Assembly (NCBI RefSeq): GCF_001194135.2
Contig: NC_069004.1
Coordinates: 13,910,185-13,974,184, forward strand
Length of the DNA stretch: 64,000 nt
Direction of reading: 5' to 3'
From: Octopus bimaculoides
Lineage: Eukaryota
Part shown: piece after piece, positions 14,522-28,077 of the stretch
Layout of the letters: each line of letters starts with the position of its first letter
Numbering within the stretch: position 1 is the first letter of the stretch
Made by a program: the position numbers and the translations under genes
The notes under the pieces: generated by a model
The model's database searches: none
What the model was told of the DNA's origin: nothing
Seen by the model: only the letters and a program-made list of their open reading frames with translations

Positions 14522-16379
14522 TGTGTGTGTGTGTCATATACTTTAATTTTGCAAGTCCACAAATAATGAATATTCATACACCAATGCACTGTAAAAAGAA
14601 CATAAAAAACATTTATATATAAGTTGAACAGATAAGTGAAGTGAGAGAATAGTTGTTTATTCTCTTAGCTTACAGCTGTTTCATAATCATGTTAGTTATA
14701 TAGCAGACATTACACCACCATTCACATGTATATAAAACATACATACATCAAAAAACAAAAGATAGTGACAACAGTTTAGAGAGCAAAATTGGATTTTGTT
14801 GGTCAACAATTTTTAACAAATAAACAAATGAATCCTGCCAGGAAAAGAAAAAAAACGGACATTATGTACTTTTTAAAGAGTAACTTATTTGATGGTTAAC
14901 AGATTCATAAAATTAACGATTATTCTGTTTGACAATTTACCAATCATTACTTTATTATTACTTTTTAGCTTTTTTTGGTTTATTTCATTCCCTCCCCCAG
15001 TAAAAAAAAATGTAACAGTAAGGTGCTTTAGAATATAGAATTTGGCATAAAACAGCAACTGGATACACAGGAGTTCATAACAAAACTAAGAACTGATAAG
15101 CGTGCTGTATGTAGAACTCTAACTAACAGAAAAAAAAACTTGTAGGAAAGAAAAAAAAATATAAACAACCACCAAGGAAAATACAAAAAAAAAAAGTTTG
15201 TTACACGACCAAGAATTAAAAAAAAAATTCACTAAAAATAAGACATAAGTAGCCAGTGGTGACCATGTGCACATCCAAGTGTTACTAGCAACTAACTACT
15301 GTTAACTAACTAAATACTAAGTATAGAAGCATTGAGAAGGTGTGGTGTGTTTTTTGATAGCAATATGATGGTGAGTCAGGGATGGGGGTGATGGATAATG
15401 GTGACAGCAGAACAGTACCTTGTGACACACTAACTAATACTTATACATACACACACACACACACATATATATATTTATATATACATATACATACATACAC
15501 ACACACATATACACTTGAAGAAGGGTTGTGGGGTTTCAGCATAGCCTTGGCCTCGATGGAAATAAACTAATAGGTGTGTGTACACATCTATGTATACACT
15601 TTTACAAGTTTTAGTCACTGGAGCAGGTAGCTCTTGATACTAAGTCTGGAGTTAATTTTAGGGATTTTTCATTGAATAAGATACATTTCTTCCAGAGTTA
15701 CCTCTCTTTTGCAAATGCATATACTGCAATGTATTTACACCGACTTACATACATTGTCGTTTTTACAGTCTAGTTATATTTAACTCAAGGTATTCGTCAA
15801 TTTGAAAGTAAAACATCTTCTCAAGAGGACCTGCAGTGGGATCACATTCAGAACCATACAGCTGTGAAGTAAACCCCTAAAACCCAGTCATGCTAGTACC
15901 CTTGTGCCCATGTACACACACACACACACAACCATAGTCATGTCTTTAAGTATAACCTTGGGTTGACCAGTGCCTTGTGAATAAAACTGGCAGACAGGAA
16001 ACTGTATTGAGCTAACTCTTGCATGTACAAAAAAAAAAAAAATTGAGGCACTACAAATAACCTCTCTCCTATTCAGACATATAACCATTGTCAGACTTAC
16101 TTGGTCAGAGGTCAGAGGTTATGTTACCTCCTTCGTAAATGTGTTTGAATACATTCACATGTTATTGGGAAAGGACTAATACCCTCTAACAAAGAAGACC
16201 ACCCAAGGGATCTCATCTGCTTTGCCATCAGGAATAGCTATTACCTAAGATAGCTCCTCATTCTAATGATTCAGAACAAACCTGATTTTGTACTCTGGGC
16301 CAGATGTTTCTACCATCCTCTATGCACATTCTTGCTGCACCACTTCTTTCTCTTGTGTCAATAAATACTGGCAAATTCT

Positions 16380-17830
16380 AAGTCAAAACATCTAGCAGTA
16401 ATGTGCAAGATATGCATGAAGGGAGGAAGAAAGATTTCAAGCCCACCATCAGCAAGATTGCTCTACTGAAGTTTAAAGACATCTTAGTTATCAAGGATTG
16501 TGCCAAGAAGGAGGAGAAATAGGTTGAGCATGACCGAAACTTGTATTCTGTAGAGAGTGCACTCACAAAGTGTCCTTGCCATCATCCATGTCTTGCCTGT
16601 CATAGAACATTTAGCATTTAAACTTAGTAAGGCCTGTTTCCTCACAGCAAGGTATCAGGTAGAAATGACATCACTGCAGAAGCATCTAGTATGGGAGATC
16701 AATACTACTGAGCAATTTTTACAAGCTTATTCTTCCAGTGCTGTGAGGAAAGTTCAGTCCTCAAAGGACTACATGAGAAAACAGAAGACAGCTTCAGCAG
16801 CAGTCATTGGCAATATCAGTAGCAAGGTTTTTACTTGAGTGGATCTAAAGAGTCTTCAAACATGTCTGCTCAGAGTCACACTCTGGCATCAGGGTAGTGA
16901 GATCATGATAAACATAACTTTATAACTCAGTCATCTTCAAGAAAAGATGCCAATAACAGAGACAGTTCTTTTGCATTGTCTTCATCAACTTGGCTGAGAC
17001 CTTTTTGGATTCAGTGAATAGAAGACTGTTTTTAACTTGGAAACTTACTTCAGCTGTTGGACATCATCCCCTTTTTCCATAGTGGTATGCAGGGTATACT
17101 ACAGTTTGATGGCTTATCCTCAGAGCCATCCTCCATCTAAAATAGAGAGCAACAGGGCTGCATCCTCATGCCAATGCTTTTTGGGATCTTCTCCTCGGTA
17201 TTGATATATGCATTCAGGGCATAACTGAGTGAACCTAAACATTAGGTCAGATTGCAAACTCTCAACTTGTACATCACAGGCTAAAGATCAAAGTATACTG
17301 GGTCCAGGTCAAGGATTCTTTACTGATATTGTCTGGACATCTAACATGCAGTCTAGCCTCCAGAGGCCAGTCGGTTTTCTTACACATTACCTCAGGAATT
17401 TGACATTACTGTCCATTTCATGAAGATGGTATTCATGAGCCAAGATGTCACTAAAGTACCCAGGATCAGTATAGGTAATAACATCCGATGTATGGAGGAT
17501 GAATTCAGCTACTTAGAACCAACAGGCTCTCCAAACCTGTTCCTCAAACCAAAGAACACCAAGCGGATTGTGAAAGCTGCTGGTGCCATGATCAAGAGTT
17601 TGGCAAAATACCAACCCCACCACAGATGTAGATTGCTGTATACAAAGTCTTATGTACTGTGTGCTCTTCTCTATGGCAGCTAAGGGCTGGATCACATACA
17701 TGCATCAAGAGCACTGCAATAACAGCTTTTGTGTTGCATCTGCATTATTAGCCTTTATATGCAGCAGCTGTGCTAAGGACTGCCACTCTGAGATTGAGTT
17801 AACCATGCTTCTGAGATGACAATTGGGTAC
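16380..17830 (+). mobile_element. Decayed RTE-clade LINE reverse-transcriptase fragment
   Basis: Frameshifted pieces: PTISKIALLKFK..., VFINLAETF.DSVNR, GCILMPMLFGIFS, EDEFSYL, YVLCALLYGS; these follow the RTE RT motif order. Confidence 0.8.
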
Positions 17831-18545
17831 ATCTATCATCAATTCAAATTAATGGAGTCAGCAGTATATGTGTTTATGTTTGTGTGTGTGTGTGTGTTTG
17901 AGCTGCCTCCCTTTATGCTAAATATGCAAGTTAGCAATTCAATAAATACAAGACTGAAATAAATACTGGGGTCTCAATAAGATAAACTATGTGGTGCCTC
18001 AGAGACAGTCAGAGTTCAAACACACACACACATACACACGGCTCTACTCACTTCCACATATGCATTTATAGTAAATACTCTCATGTGTTTGTAGCACAAA
18101 ACAAACAAAAAACCACATTTATCTTTCCTTTTATTTTTAAATGTCAGCTGTATGGTTTATATTCTTTCAACTTGAAACAGCAAACACTGTATTTTTCTTA
18201 ACTTTAAATATTCATTTATATTTCAATATTTCAAAACAAATGACAAACATTTATTTCTAAATATATATTTTGTATTTAAATATCTTTCAAATATCTATTA
18301 TGGAAATAATATGTATGGGAGTTATCCGAATGAATCCTTTTAGATATTATATTATATTACTTTAAAGATTTTTTATGATAGGAACTGATTAACTAAGTAA
18401 GTAAAAAGGATTTTTCTGCATAATTCATATCATTTCCATACCAAGTTTCTAATAAGTTATGTATGTTTACTTCTTTATAAATTTTGATAAGTATTCTATT
18501 GAAAAATAAAATATGTAAGTATGTGTATATACAAATATATTTAAG

Positions 18546-18583
<38 letters not shown>

Positions 18584-18769
18584 TAAATACACATACACAC
18601 ACACATATATTAATCAAAGGAATTCCAACTGTCTCCTTTCACGTTTTATTTACAATCTTGTAATAATATAATATAATGAAATGATAGAATATTAAATGTT
18701 CATTCTGACTGAACTAGTACTTTCATGCATTAAACCAATATATTCTTCTATACACAATTATATACACCC

Positions 18770-18915
18770 GTGTATATATACACATAAATACACACACACA
18801 CACACACACATATGTCCATATATATATACATAAATATATATGTCTATATATATACGCATAAATACATATATATATGTCTATATATACATATATATACATA
18901 CATATATATATATAC

Positions 18916-18992
<77 letters not shown>

Positions 18993-19218
18993 CATATACA
19001 TATATATATACATATACATACATATACATATATATATACATATACATACATATACATATATATATACATATACATACATATACATATATATATACATATA
19101 TATACATATACATATATATATACATATACATATATATATACATATATATATACATATACATATATATATACATATACATATATATATACATATACATATA
19201 TATATACATATATATACA
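18770..19218. repeat. Compound (TA)n/(TACA)n microsatellite abutting the palindrome
   Basis: Direct reading. Confidence 0.97.
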
Positions 19219-19403
19219 TAAGGAAAAAAGTTAAGGTAGAAACTGCTAAAATAGTTTTATCATAAAAACATTTTAGGACCCAAGTTTCTGGGTATCGACT
19301 CGTCATCACGCTGATGACGAGTCAATACCCAGAAACTTGGGTCCTAAAATGTTTTTATGATAAAATTATTTTAGCAGTTTCTACCTTAACTTTTTTTCCT
19401 TAT
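19218..19403. repeat. Near-perfect palindrome, about 91-bp arms with a 3-nt loop
   Basis: Arms are reverse complements around cgc at 19309-19311, with 2 substitutions and a 1-nt difference in a homopolymer run. Confidence 0.95.
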
Positions 19404-21466
19404 ACATACATATATACACATTAATCATTAGATTGATACCATACTGGGCACTGTATTCCAGGTACTCATTTTATTAAGTGGCTAAGTATTTCCAGAGTTA
19501 TGTCCCTTTTGAAGAATTACCTCCTCCTTTACTTGACCTAAATATAAGTTTTTAATGCATGCACGCACACAGACCACAGACACAGACACACACATACACA
19601 CAGAGGTTGGGCTTTCAAATAGATTTCATTTAACAAATTTCTCTTATAAGGCATTGGTCAGCCTGAGACTATGGCAGAAGTTGGACCCCAGATGTCATGT
19701 AAATTGAATGAAACATAAAGCCATGTGGTTACTAAGCACAAATGCACATTTTTTAACCACATAAGCGTCAACATGTAAAATAGAATGATTGATATCTCCT
19801 GTTTACCATTCTCCCCCATATAAATAAAATAAGAGGTGAATTGGAATTGTTACATTTTCGCAAAGGAAGAACCCTTATTCAAGGAAATGTAATGATCCTG
19901 CAAGAATTATCAAAATTCACATCTTGCAACACACAAACTTATATTTTATTAACTGTTTTTTTCTGATGCAGATTTTTACTTATTTCCACAAACTAGTTTA
20001 GTTTACTTGGAATTTTTTTCTCCTCCTCCTCTATATTAGGTTAGATATAATATTAAGACCCTGGCTCTGTTTTAGTGTCTAGTGAATATACATGCTAATC
20101 TCAAAATCTTCACTTAGGCTCCTCATTCTGCCAGTTTCACTGGTTGGGCTTTTTTTTAATTAGCATCATCAATTAAAAGATGCACTTCAGAAGTGTTTTC
20201 ATAGATTATTTTCACTGCAAACCCTCTTTGAGTTCCTGCTGTTTGTAATCACTGATATGATAATGACTTCCTACCTTGGTACATTGCTCAGAAACGAGTG
20301 AGGGTTAGTGACAGAAAGGACATCCCGTCTATAGAAAATCTACCTCAATAAATGCTGTCCAATCCCAAGCAAGCATGAAATAGTGAATGTCAAAATGATG
20401 ATGATGATAATGTACAAGGCTATATATTTGTGAGGCAGGAATATGAAGAATGGAATTGATTCTCTATGTATATTACAAGTACATATTCTATCGATTATGA
20501 CATGATGAAAGCTGAAGTCAACCCTGCTATGATTTCAATGCAAAACCCCAATAAGGACACATGTAAATACTATTTATAAAAGCAGTTAGTTTATAACTCT
20601 ACAGTGTTGGCCACATCAAGTGTTATTAATTAGCTGATAAAGGTGCAGGCAATTAGGAGTAGTATCCAAAATGTAGCCATAGCTAAACAGGACACATAAA
20701 GACTTCAGATAATTAGTTATGTCATTATCAGAGTTAACTTGCAAAACGTAATGAGAGGATTATTATGAGATAGAAAGATTGAGTGACACAGAAAGAAGGA
20801 GAGAAAGAGAAGGGTGGGGACAAAAACTTAAAAAAAACAAAAAAAGAAATTCAAAACAAAATAAAACAGCTTGATGATAATAATCTAATGCTCCACCAGA
20901 AGTAAGAAGTAAACAGTTGAACTTTAGGTACAAAAATTAGGAAACTGATGTCTTATATGAAGAGAAGGCAGCAGCAATAAATGGACAAATATTTAAAAAG
21001 AAACAATTAAAAAAAAAAGTAACTAAATAAAATAATTTATTCTTTAATAAGTTAATCAAGAGGGCGAGTAGGAGGGGCAGGTGGTGGTGGTTAGTGCCAT
21101 GATATTTTCTAGTCCCATTTCTCACATGGGGAAACTGATTCCCAGCCTGAACAGCTGTAAGTCAATGTCCATGAGAAAAACACAGGTGAGGTGTAGGGAG
21201 GGAGATTATCACAAATAATAATAATAGTAGTAGTTGTTTGAGTATTAAATGTATTGGTAAAACAATAAGTACATTTGTCTCATAGCAACAAACTAGTTAC
21301 TATAGTGATAATTGTCTTGAAGCTGCTGAATAACACTGTTATTGAGGTCACCTAATTAGCACCAATGGTTATTTTAGCAGGAATGTGATGATGCCCAGGA
21401 ATCTCAAAAGACCGAGAGATTTACATAATTGTCCTTGATGATGAAGAAAAGAAATTTTGTCTCTCT

Positions 21467-21500
<34 letters not shown>

Positions 21501-22710
21501 CTCAGAACTGTGGAATCTTGAACTGAAAATAGATCTCTTGATGTGACACAAGGACTAGTTTTTGAAGAGCAAAAGTTTATAGTTGATTAAGTTGGTAAAA
21601 GAGTATATATTACTGGTATTCAGATATTTTTATTTTATCAATTTCTGAGAGACAAAATGCAAAGTCAACCCTGTTTGCAATGGAATGCTATAATGTAAGA
21701 CACCAAAATATGAATGGGCAAAATATTTAGACTTGTGCTCAATTGCCTGCACCATCTACACCAAACTGAGAACTTGAAATATGAGCTGTGAAAGGAGAAG
21801 GTCTATAAGGGTGAGAGAGGAATGGGACGGACATAATATAGTTCTATGTGTTGGGCAGCAAAAGACGAAGAAAAAAGTGGTATTGTAGGACAGAGATGGT
21901 GGTGGCAGCGTCTAGCATATTAAATATAGGTTCACGTGGCAGTGGTTCGGTTGCAGAATGTGGGGGAACTGAAAGTAAGAAATAATGGAATATTTGTCAC
22001 GCGTAAAACCATCAAAGGTGAGAGAACTTATTAAAGATATGTCATGAAACAGCTTGGTTGGGTTAAAAAGGTTTTACTGAGCCTCAACAAAGGAAATGAC
22101 AAATGCTGTGTAGGAGGAAACAAATTCAGTGTTGTCCGACTTAGAGTGAAAAATCTTCAACAGAAAGACATACACTTAAGTCCTAATTATGCTTCTAATA
22201 TTCATACCTAGATATTCTACACAAATACACACATATACCCCAATAATGAACTATATATACACAATGATTTGGATTTTAAGTATTCATAGAATAACCTCCC
22301 TAAGATAATTCTCCATTAATATTTAGAAGATCAGTGTTTATAAGTAACCAAAACCTTGCACAATCTGCAATTAGCTGTGTGCATGGTCATGCATATTAAA
22401 TTGTTATCATCATCTTATGGCTAGTCTCTTTTACTGATTAATCCTCAAAGCAAACTCTAAACGATGAAAGTGTTACGATTTCTAAATTGATAGTAGAGAT
22501 TTAATTACTTCAGCAAGAGATGCTTGAAAGCGTGCCCTAATTAGTGGGGAGGGCTGGGGAGTGTCTAGGTGAAGTGAGTGAGTGGGGAAGTGGGTGGTGG
22601 AATGTGAAATGATGGTCAGCTGCAAAATTATTCCTCTAGAACATGACTGGCTCTGTAACAGCTAAATTATTGAGAATGTGGTAAAGAAAAGTTGCCAGTG
22701 CCAGGCTTAC

Positions 22711-22752
22711 CAAAGAAATTGCACCACTCCAACTGAGAGGGGGTTTCTTTTC
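22711..22752 (-). CDS. Candidate 42-nt in-frame cassette microexon of tomosyn: EKKPPLSWSGAISL
   Basis: tatgttcag|GAA...TTG|gtaagc; 14 sense codons in phase 0 inside a phase-0 intron. Long pyrimidine tract upstream and YCAY cluster downstream. No homology support. Confidence 0.55.
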
Positions 22753-22838
22753 CTGAACATACTATAAAGCATAAATAATGAAAATATTTTTAAAACAGAT
22801 ATGTATATATATGTATATATATATTTAGAGAGAGAGCA

Positions 22839-22887
<49 letters not shown>

Positions 22888-24369
22888 AAAAAGTTAGAGG
22901 AGACAGAGAGAGAGAGAGAAAAAAAAGAGAAAAAGAAAGAGGTTGCTGCAAAGATTAATGAAGAACGATGGGGTAAAATGACAGCAATTCTTAGAATAAA
23001 ATTAATAGAAAATAGGAAAATAATAAAAAAAAAATCATCATCAACAGAGGGTGCTGCTATAGTGATCAGTTTGCACAAAATAGATTGCAGACCAGAGGTT
23101 ATCCACATTTCTTTGGTTTGGGTTGGGACCAAAGAAAAGTGTGGCCTCTTTGATTGTGAGCCATAGATTTTAAACTTGATAAAAATAGGAGGAGAGGGAA
23201 TGGGTAGGACAAAAAAGTTTACAAAATAATATTTCTGTATTAAATAATAATTGTTAAATAATTACCAAACTGCGTATTGGTGCATGGACCATACTTTAAC
23301 TAATTCAGGTAGTACCTCTGTAGTTGTTGTAAGAAGATACAGACCCCTACTTGGCCCTTGTAACATATGGTGAAGTCATTTGGCTACAGCATGATGGATT
23401 GTGAAGAGATAATAGAAGAGCTCAACTGAGCCAATGATACTTCTTACCTTGCTGCTGAGCAGAGGAATCCAAGAAGGTCAATGGTCAAGATCACTAAGCT
23501 CTATCAAGACATTAACTTCAACACATCCATACGGGTGGTATCCATGCCTGGGTAATCATCTAATGAAAGATTCTCTATGACTTAAGCTTCCAATTCAAAG
23601 TCATAATAATGGAATTGGATGGTGACAGAAAGTCATGGGGATCAGCAAAAGCATTGTAAAAAAAAATCCATGTATCTTATCTATCTGTCTACCTATCTAA
23701 ATACTTAGCAGATTCACATCAATTTTCTCATGTTTGTATTAGTGGAGTATTTTTTTCTTTTTTTTTTTTTAGTTGTTACTGAAGCAGTTGTTGGGTTTAA
23801 TGGTAGATAGATATCTTTCCTTCATCTGACCATTCAATAATGATGAAAGAATGGAGCTGGGTTCTGGTCAGTCTGACAAAATGGAATAAGCAGCATTAGA
23901 GTCCTTGCTTAGGGAGATAGCAGAGTGAAAGAACTTATGACCTTGAGGTTGAATAATATATCAGATTAACATCACAGTCACAACAATGCTAATTTGATTT
24001 CAACAAATACTTATTAACCAAACACTGATAGATGCGAGAGAGAAGCAATTTTTTCGTATGCTTGTTAAATATTTAAAAGAATATTTTGTAATTAAGCAAT
24101 TAGATCCAGCATTGAATGTATTCAATAAAAACAGAGATATATATATATTATAATAATTAGAGTGCTTATTCTAATAACGCATCACACAGATATTCCTGGA
24201 ATTGTTCCAAGATGGAACTGGTTTCCAACCCATTAATTCTTAACAGCTATAATCTATAGTTGGTGGAGGTGCATGGTGTAGTGGTTAAAGGTGTTGGATG
24301 CATAACTGTAAGACTGCAATTTCAATTTCTGGACTGGGTGATGTGTTGTGTTCTTGAGCAAAACACTGC

Positions 24370-24418
<49 letters not shown>

Positions 24419-25277
24419 TCTCTCCAGTAGTTAGATGACGTACAAGGGTTCGACAATTTGTTACCAAACAACCACACAGATGATTTGTTTAGAGTGATCA
24501 AATGTTTGTGTAGACATAAGCTCACTCCCTCTATCAGATCAACATTACCTGTACAGGTGCCACATGTCAGATGTCGAAATGATTGCAGAACAGCATAAAA
24601 TGAAGTGCTTTGCTCAAGAACACAACGCAATGCCCAGTCTGGGAATTGAACCCATGATCTTGCAATCGTGGGTGCAACACCTTAACCACTAAGCCATGCG
24701 CCTTCACACACACATATATCTTTATATATTTGCATCCATTTTCTCCACCCGCTGTTCCTAAGATGGTCTTTGAACTTCACTTTAGTTTTTACTTGTATTA
24801 TTTCTTAGTCTATCTATCAAAGTTCTTTTGTTACACATTCTGTGACCTCATCAGTGATTCTCTGTCCCATGTACCTCTTGTCTTTCTGTACATGACTATG
24901 TACATGACTGTCTGTCTGTCTGTATGTCTGTCTATCTATCTATCAGTCTATCTGTCTGTCTGTCTGTCTGTCTAAGGTGGTTGATTAGAAGAGACATTGC
25001 CATATTCATTCTAGTTCTTTGCCATCTGGATTGAGTTCATATTCAGACAAGATTAGTTGTGTCTTTCATCCCCAAAGAATCCAATAGAGTACCAGCCCAA
25101 TACTAATGCAGATCCAATTATCACATCTGAATGATCTGCTAGGCTAATGTTACAAGGGCCAAGTGGGGGTCTGTATCTTCTTACAACAACTACAGAGGTA
25201 CCACCTAAATTAGTTAAAGCATGATCCATGCATCAAAGTTATCCTTAATTGTAGTAGTTTCACTTTATAAATAATGC

Positions 25278-25327
<50 letters not shown>

Positions 25328-26535
25328 NNNNNNNNNNNNNNNNNNNNNNNNNNNNNNNNNNNNNNNNNNNNNNNNNNNNNNNNNNNNNNNNNNNNNNNNN
25401 NNNNNNNNNNNNNNNNNNNNNNNNNNNNNNNNNNNNNNNNNNNNNNNNNNNNNNNNNNNNNNNNNNNNNNNNNNNNNNNNNNNNNNNNNNNNNNNNNNNN
25501 NNNNNNNNNNNNNNNNNNNNNNNNNNNNNNNNNNNNNNNNNNNNNNNNNNNNNNNNNNNNNNNNNNNNNNNNNNNNNNNNNNNNNNNNNNNNNNNNNNNN
25601 NNNNNNNNNNNNNNNNNNNNNNNNNNNNNNNNNNNNNNNNNNNNNNNNAAATCCAGGCTACATATGTTTCATATCTAGCAGAACCTCTAGTAAATTATCC
25701 AAGTGGTCTATAGTGCCCAGTGAACAGGTCTGAATTAACACCTACAGAGACCCTTAAAAGATTTTGGTACCCCCATATATACGTAATTCAAAATATAAAC
25801 AATAAACCATAAAATGATTTTTTAGTTTTCAAAATGAAACAAAACTAAGGTGGAAAATAATGTTTATTTTTGTATACTTCCACTTTATTTATATCTGAAA
25901 AGTCCTCTCCTACTTTTTTTTTTTAATTGCAAAGTCTTTGATCAGATCCTCACTATAACACAATGAACACTCTGAAATTCTATTTCTGAATATTATTTTA
26001 GCAAGTTTAAAATCATTTTTTTTTTGTGCCATAAACCATTTACCATTCCTGTGTTGTCCCCTTTCCCTTGATATTCTAAGCTTGTGCTTATTTTGCTTAA
26101 TAGTTTATCCATCATTGCAACTGAAGTTATAGAGTAACAGCCATTATCTACAAACTGCAACTTGTGTTGAGAATTTCTGTGGCAGTTTAATTAATTAATT
26201 AACAGTCGTCTCTTGAGTGTGAGAAAGACAGTTCTGAAATTTCTTGCTGAACAATCTGCACAAATGATTTGTTTATAGCGATCAAATGTTTGTGCTGTAA
26301 ATTATTTCACTTCCTCCATTAAATTGATGTTACCTGTACAGGCGCACAACGTCCAGCACGTAAGGTGTTGAATGTCAAAGTGATTGCAGAGCAATATGAG
26401 ATGAAGGGTTTTGCTCAAGAAGACAATGCACTGCCTAGTTTAGGAATTGAGCCTATGATTTAGTGAATGTGAATGCAGAACACTAACCACTACATCACAC
26501 ATCCTCACCATGATAGTTTATTATATTAGTAATAA

Positions 26536-26750
26536 CAGTCCACTCAGCCAGCAAAAATGAATTGTACCTGTATTTCAAAGGACCAGCCTTGTCACACTCT
26601 GTGTCACACTGAATCTCCCTGAGAACTATGTTAAGGGTACACATGTCTGTGGAATACTCAGCCTCTTGCATGTTAATTTCATAAGCAGGCTGTTCCGTTG
26701 ATCAGATCAACTAGAATCCTCATCGTCATAACTGATGGAATACCAGTAAT
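26536..26750 (+). mobile_element. SINE-like repeat family D (body and 3' part)
   Basis: Shared motif ccagccttgtcac...gaatctccctgagaactat...ttaatttcat.agcaggctgttccgttgatc. Related copies near 24265-24710, 26210-26510, 38990-39295, 57045-57330 and 59165-59420, some with a tRNA-like head. Confidence 0.65.
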
Positions 26751-27930
26751 GACTGTTAAACAACAAGATATTTTGCCAACAATGCAATGTTTCTTTCTAA
26801 ATGTTTGCTAATTTGAAAATATGGAAGTTTATCATGCCTGCAGTGCAAAAAAAAAAAAAAAAAAATTAAAATATATAATCTATCCTGATGTGAAATTTTC
26901 ATTTTTTTCATATCTTTATCAAGAGATTCAGTTGCATAACTGAAATGAAATCTGCCAAAAAAAAAAAAAAAAAAAAAAATCTATCAACTTGTACTATGTA
27001 TTGACCTCTCAGAACTCTCAGACTGTCATTTTCCATATCCGTAAATAAATGAATTATAAAATCCAAATTGATAATTTCAGTCTGTAAATTTATTATTCTG
27101 TTTTATATTTCATTTTATTAAATTTTTTTTTGGGGTAGGAGAATAACAATTTTATTAAAAGAAAAAATTTCCAAATTAATGTTACTAACTAAAGAAGAAA
27201 TGTTTAAATATAAATAATTCATTATAATTAAGGGTCACAGAATTAATTTTATTGGTTGTAATATCTGATTGACATATCCATTAATATGGATGGTGTTGAA
27301 ACTAAAACTGAAAGATTACCAAATTTTGATAATAGAGAAAAAAAAAAATGGAAAAAGAAAAATTAATAGCTGCTGATAAAAACCAATTACTAAGTTTTGT
27401 TTTGTAAAAAATTAAATTGGTGGGTGTGGGATGGGGGTGTTTGGGTACAGGAAATGGACATCACAATGATAGTGTGATGAAAACTTGGGAGGAATTGATT
27501 CTAGCCAGCAAATTTAAAATCTTTGGCTACAGTAGTAGATGATATAAATGAAGATATTACCAAAAAAAAAAGTCAATATATATATATATATATATATAAG
27601 TAAAAAGATAATATAAAAAGGTTATGAAAGTATGAAACATTCAGATGCAAAGATGAAAAATAAGCAATCAAGTCCAAAAATGTAGAAATTAAGCAATATA
27701 TATATAAAATAATAATGGTAATAATAAAGATAGTGTACGAAATTAATAAGAAAATGTTAAGATAATAAAATTGTAAAGAAAAAACAAAACAAACAATCGG
27801 TTAGAGAAATTCAAGAAAAAAAAAAGAAAAGAATAGAGATAAGAAAAAATGAAGAGGATGTAAAATTTGTAGTCGAAATTTCAGTGAAGGCACAAAAAGA
27901 AAGAAGTGAAAGTGTTGATTTTTTTTTTAC

Positions 27931-28077
27931 CTTAGTACTATCGGATGCACTGCTGGAATAGGAGCCAAGGCTTCCACTCTGTTGTTGATGGACTGCACCA
28001 AGAAATGGCCGTGAGTATTCATAATCTGGAGAGTCTAAGTCATCATACACTTCATAGATGATCTGGATTTCAAGTGC
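27931..28077 (-). CDS. STXBP5: Tomosyn exon, 147 nt: ALEIQIIYEVYDDLDSPDYEYSRPFLGAVHQQQSGSLGSYSSSASDSTK
   Basis: Overlaps ORF 27811..28050. Acceptor ttcttaaacaaag, donor AAG|gtaaaa; phase 0-0; resembles LEVRLLYEINDVE...SSSSSD loop. Confidence 0.9.

Noticed and set aside
26835-26980. Two poly-U plus AG acceptor-like sites
   Set aside because: Both lead to early stops with no matching donor; probably plain homopolymer runs.
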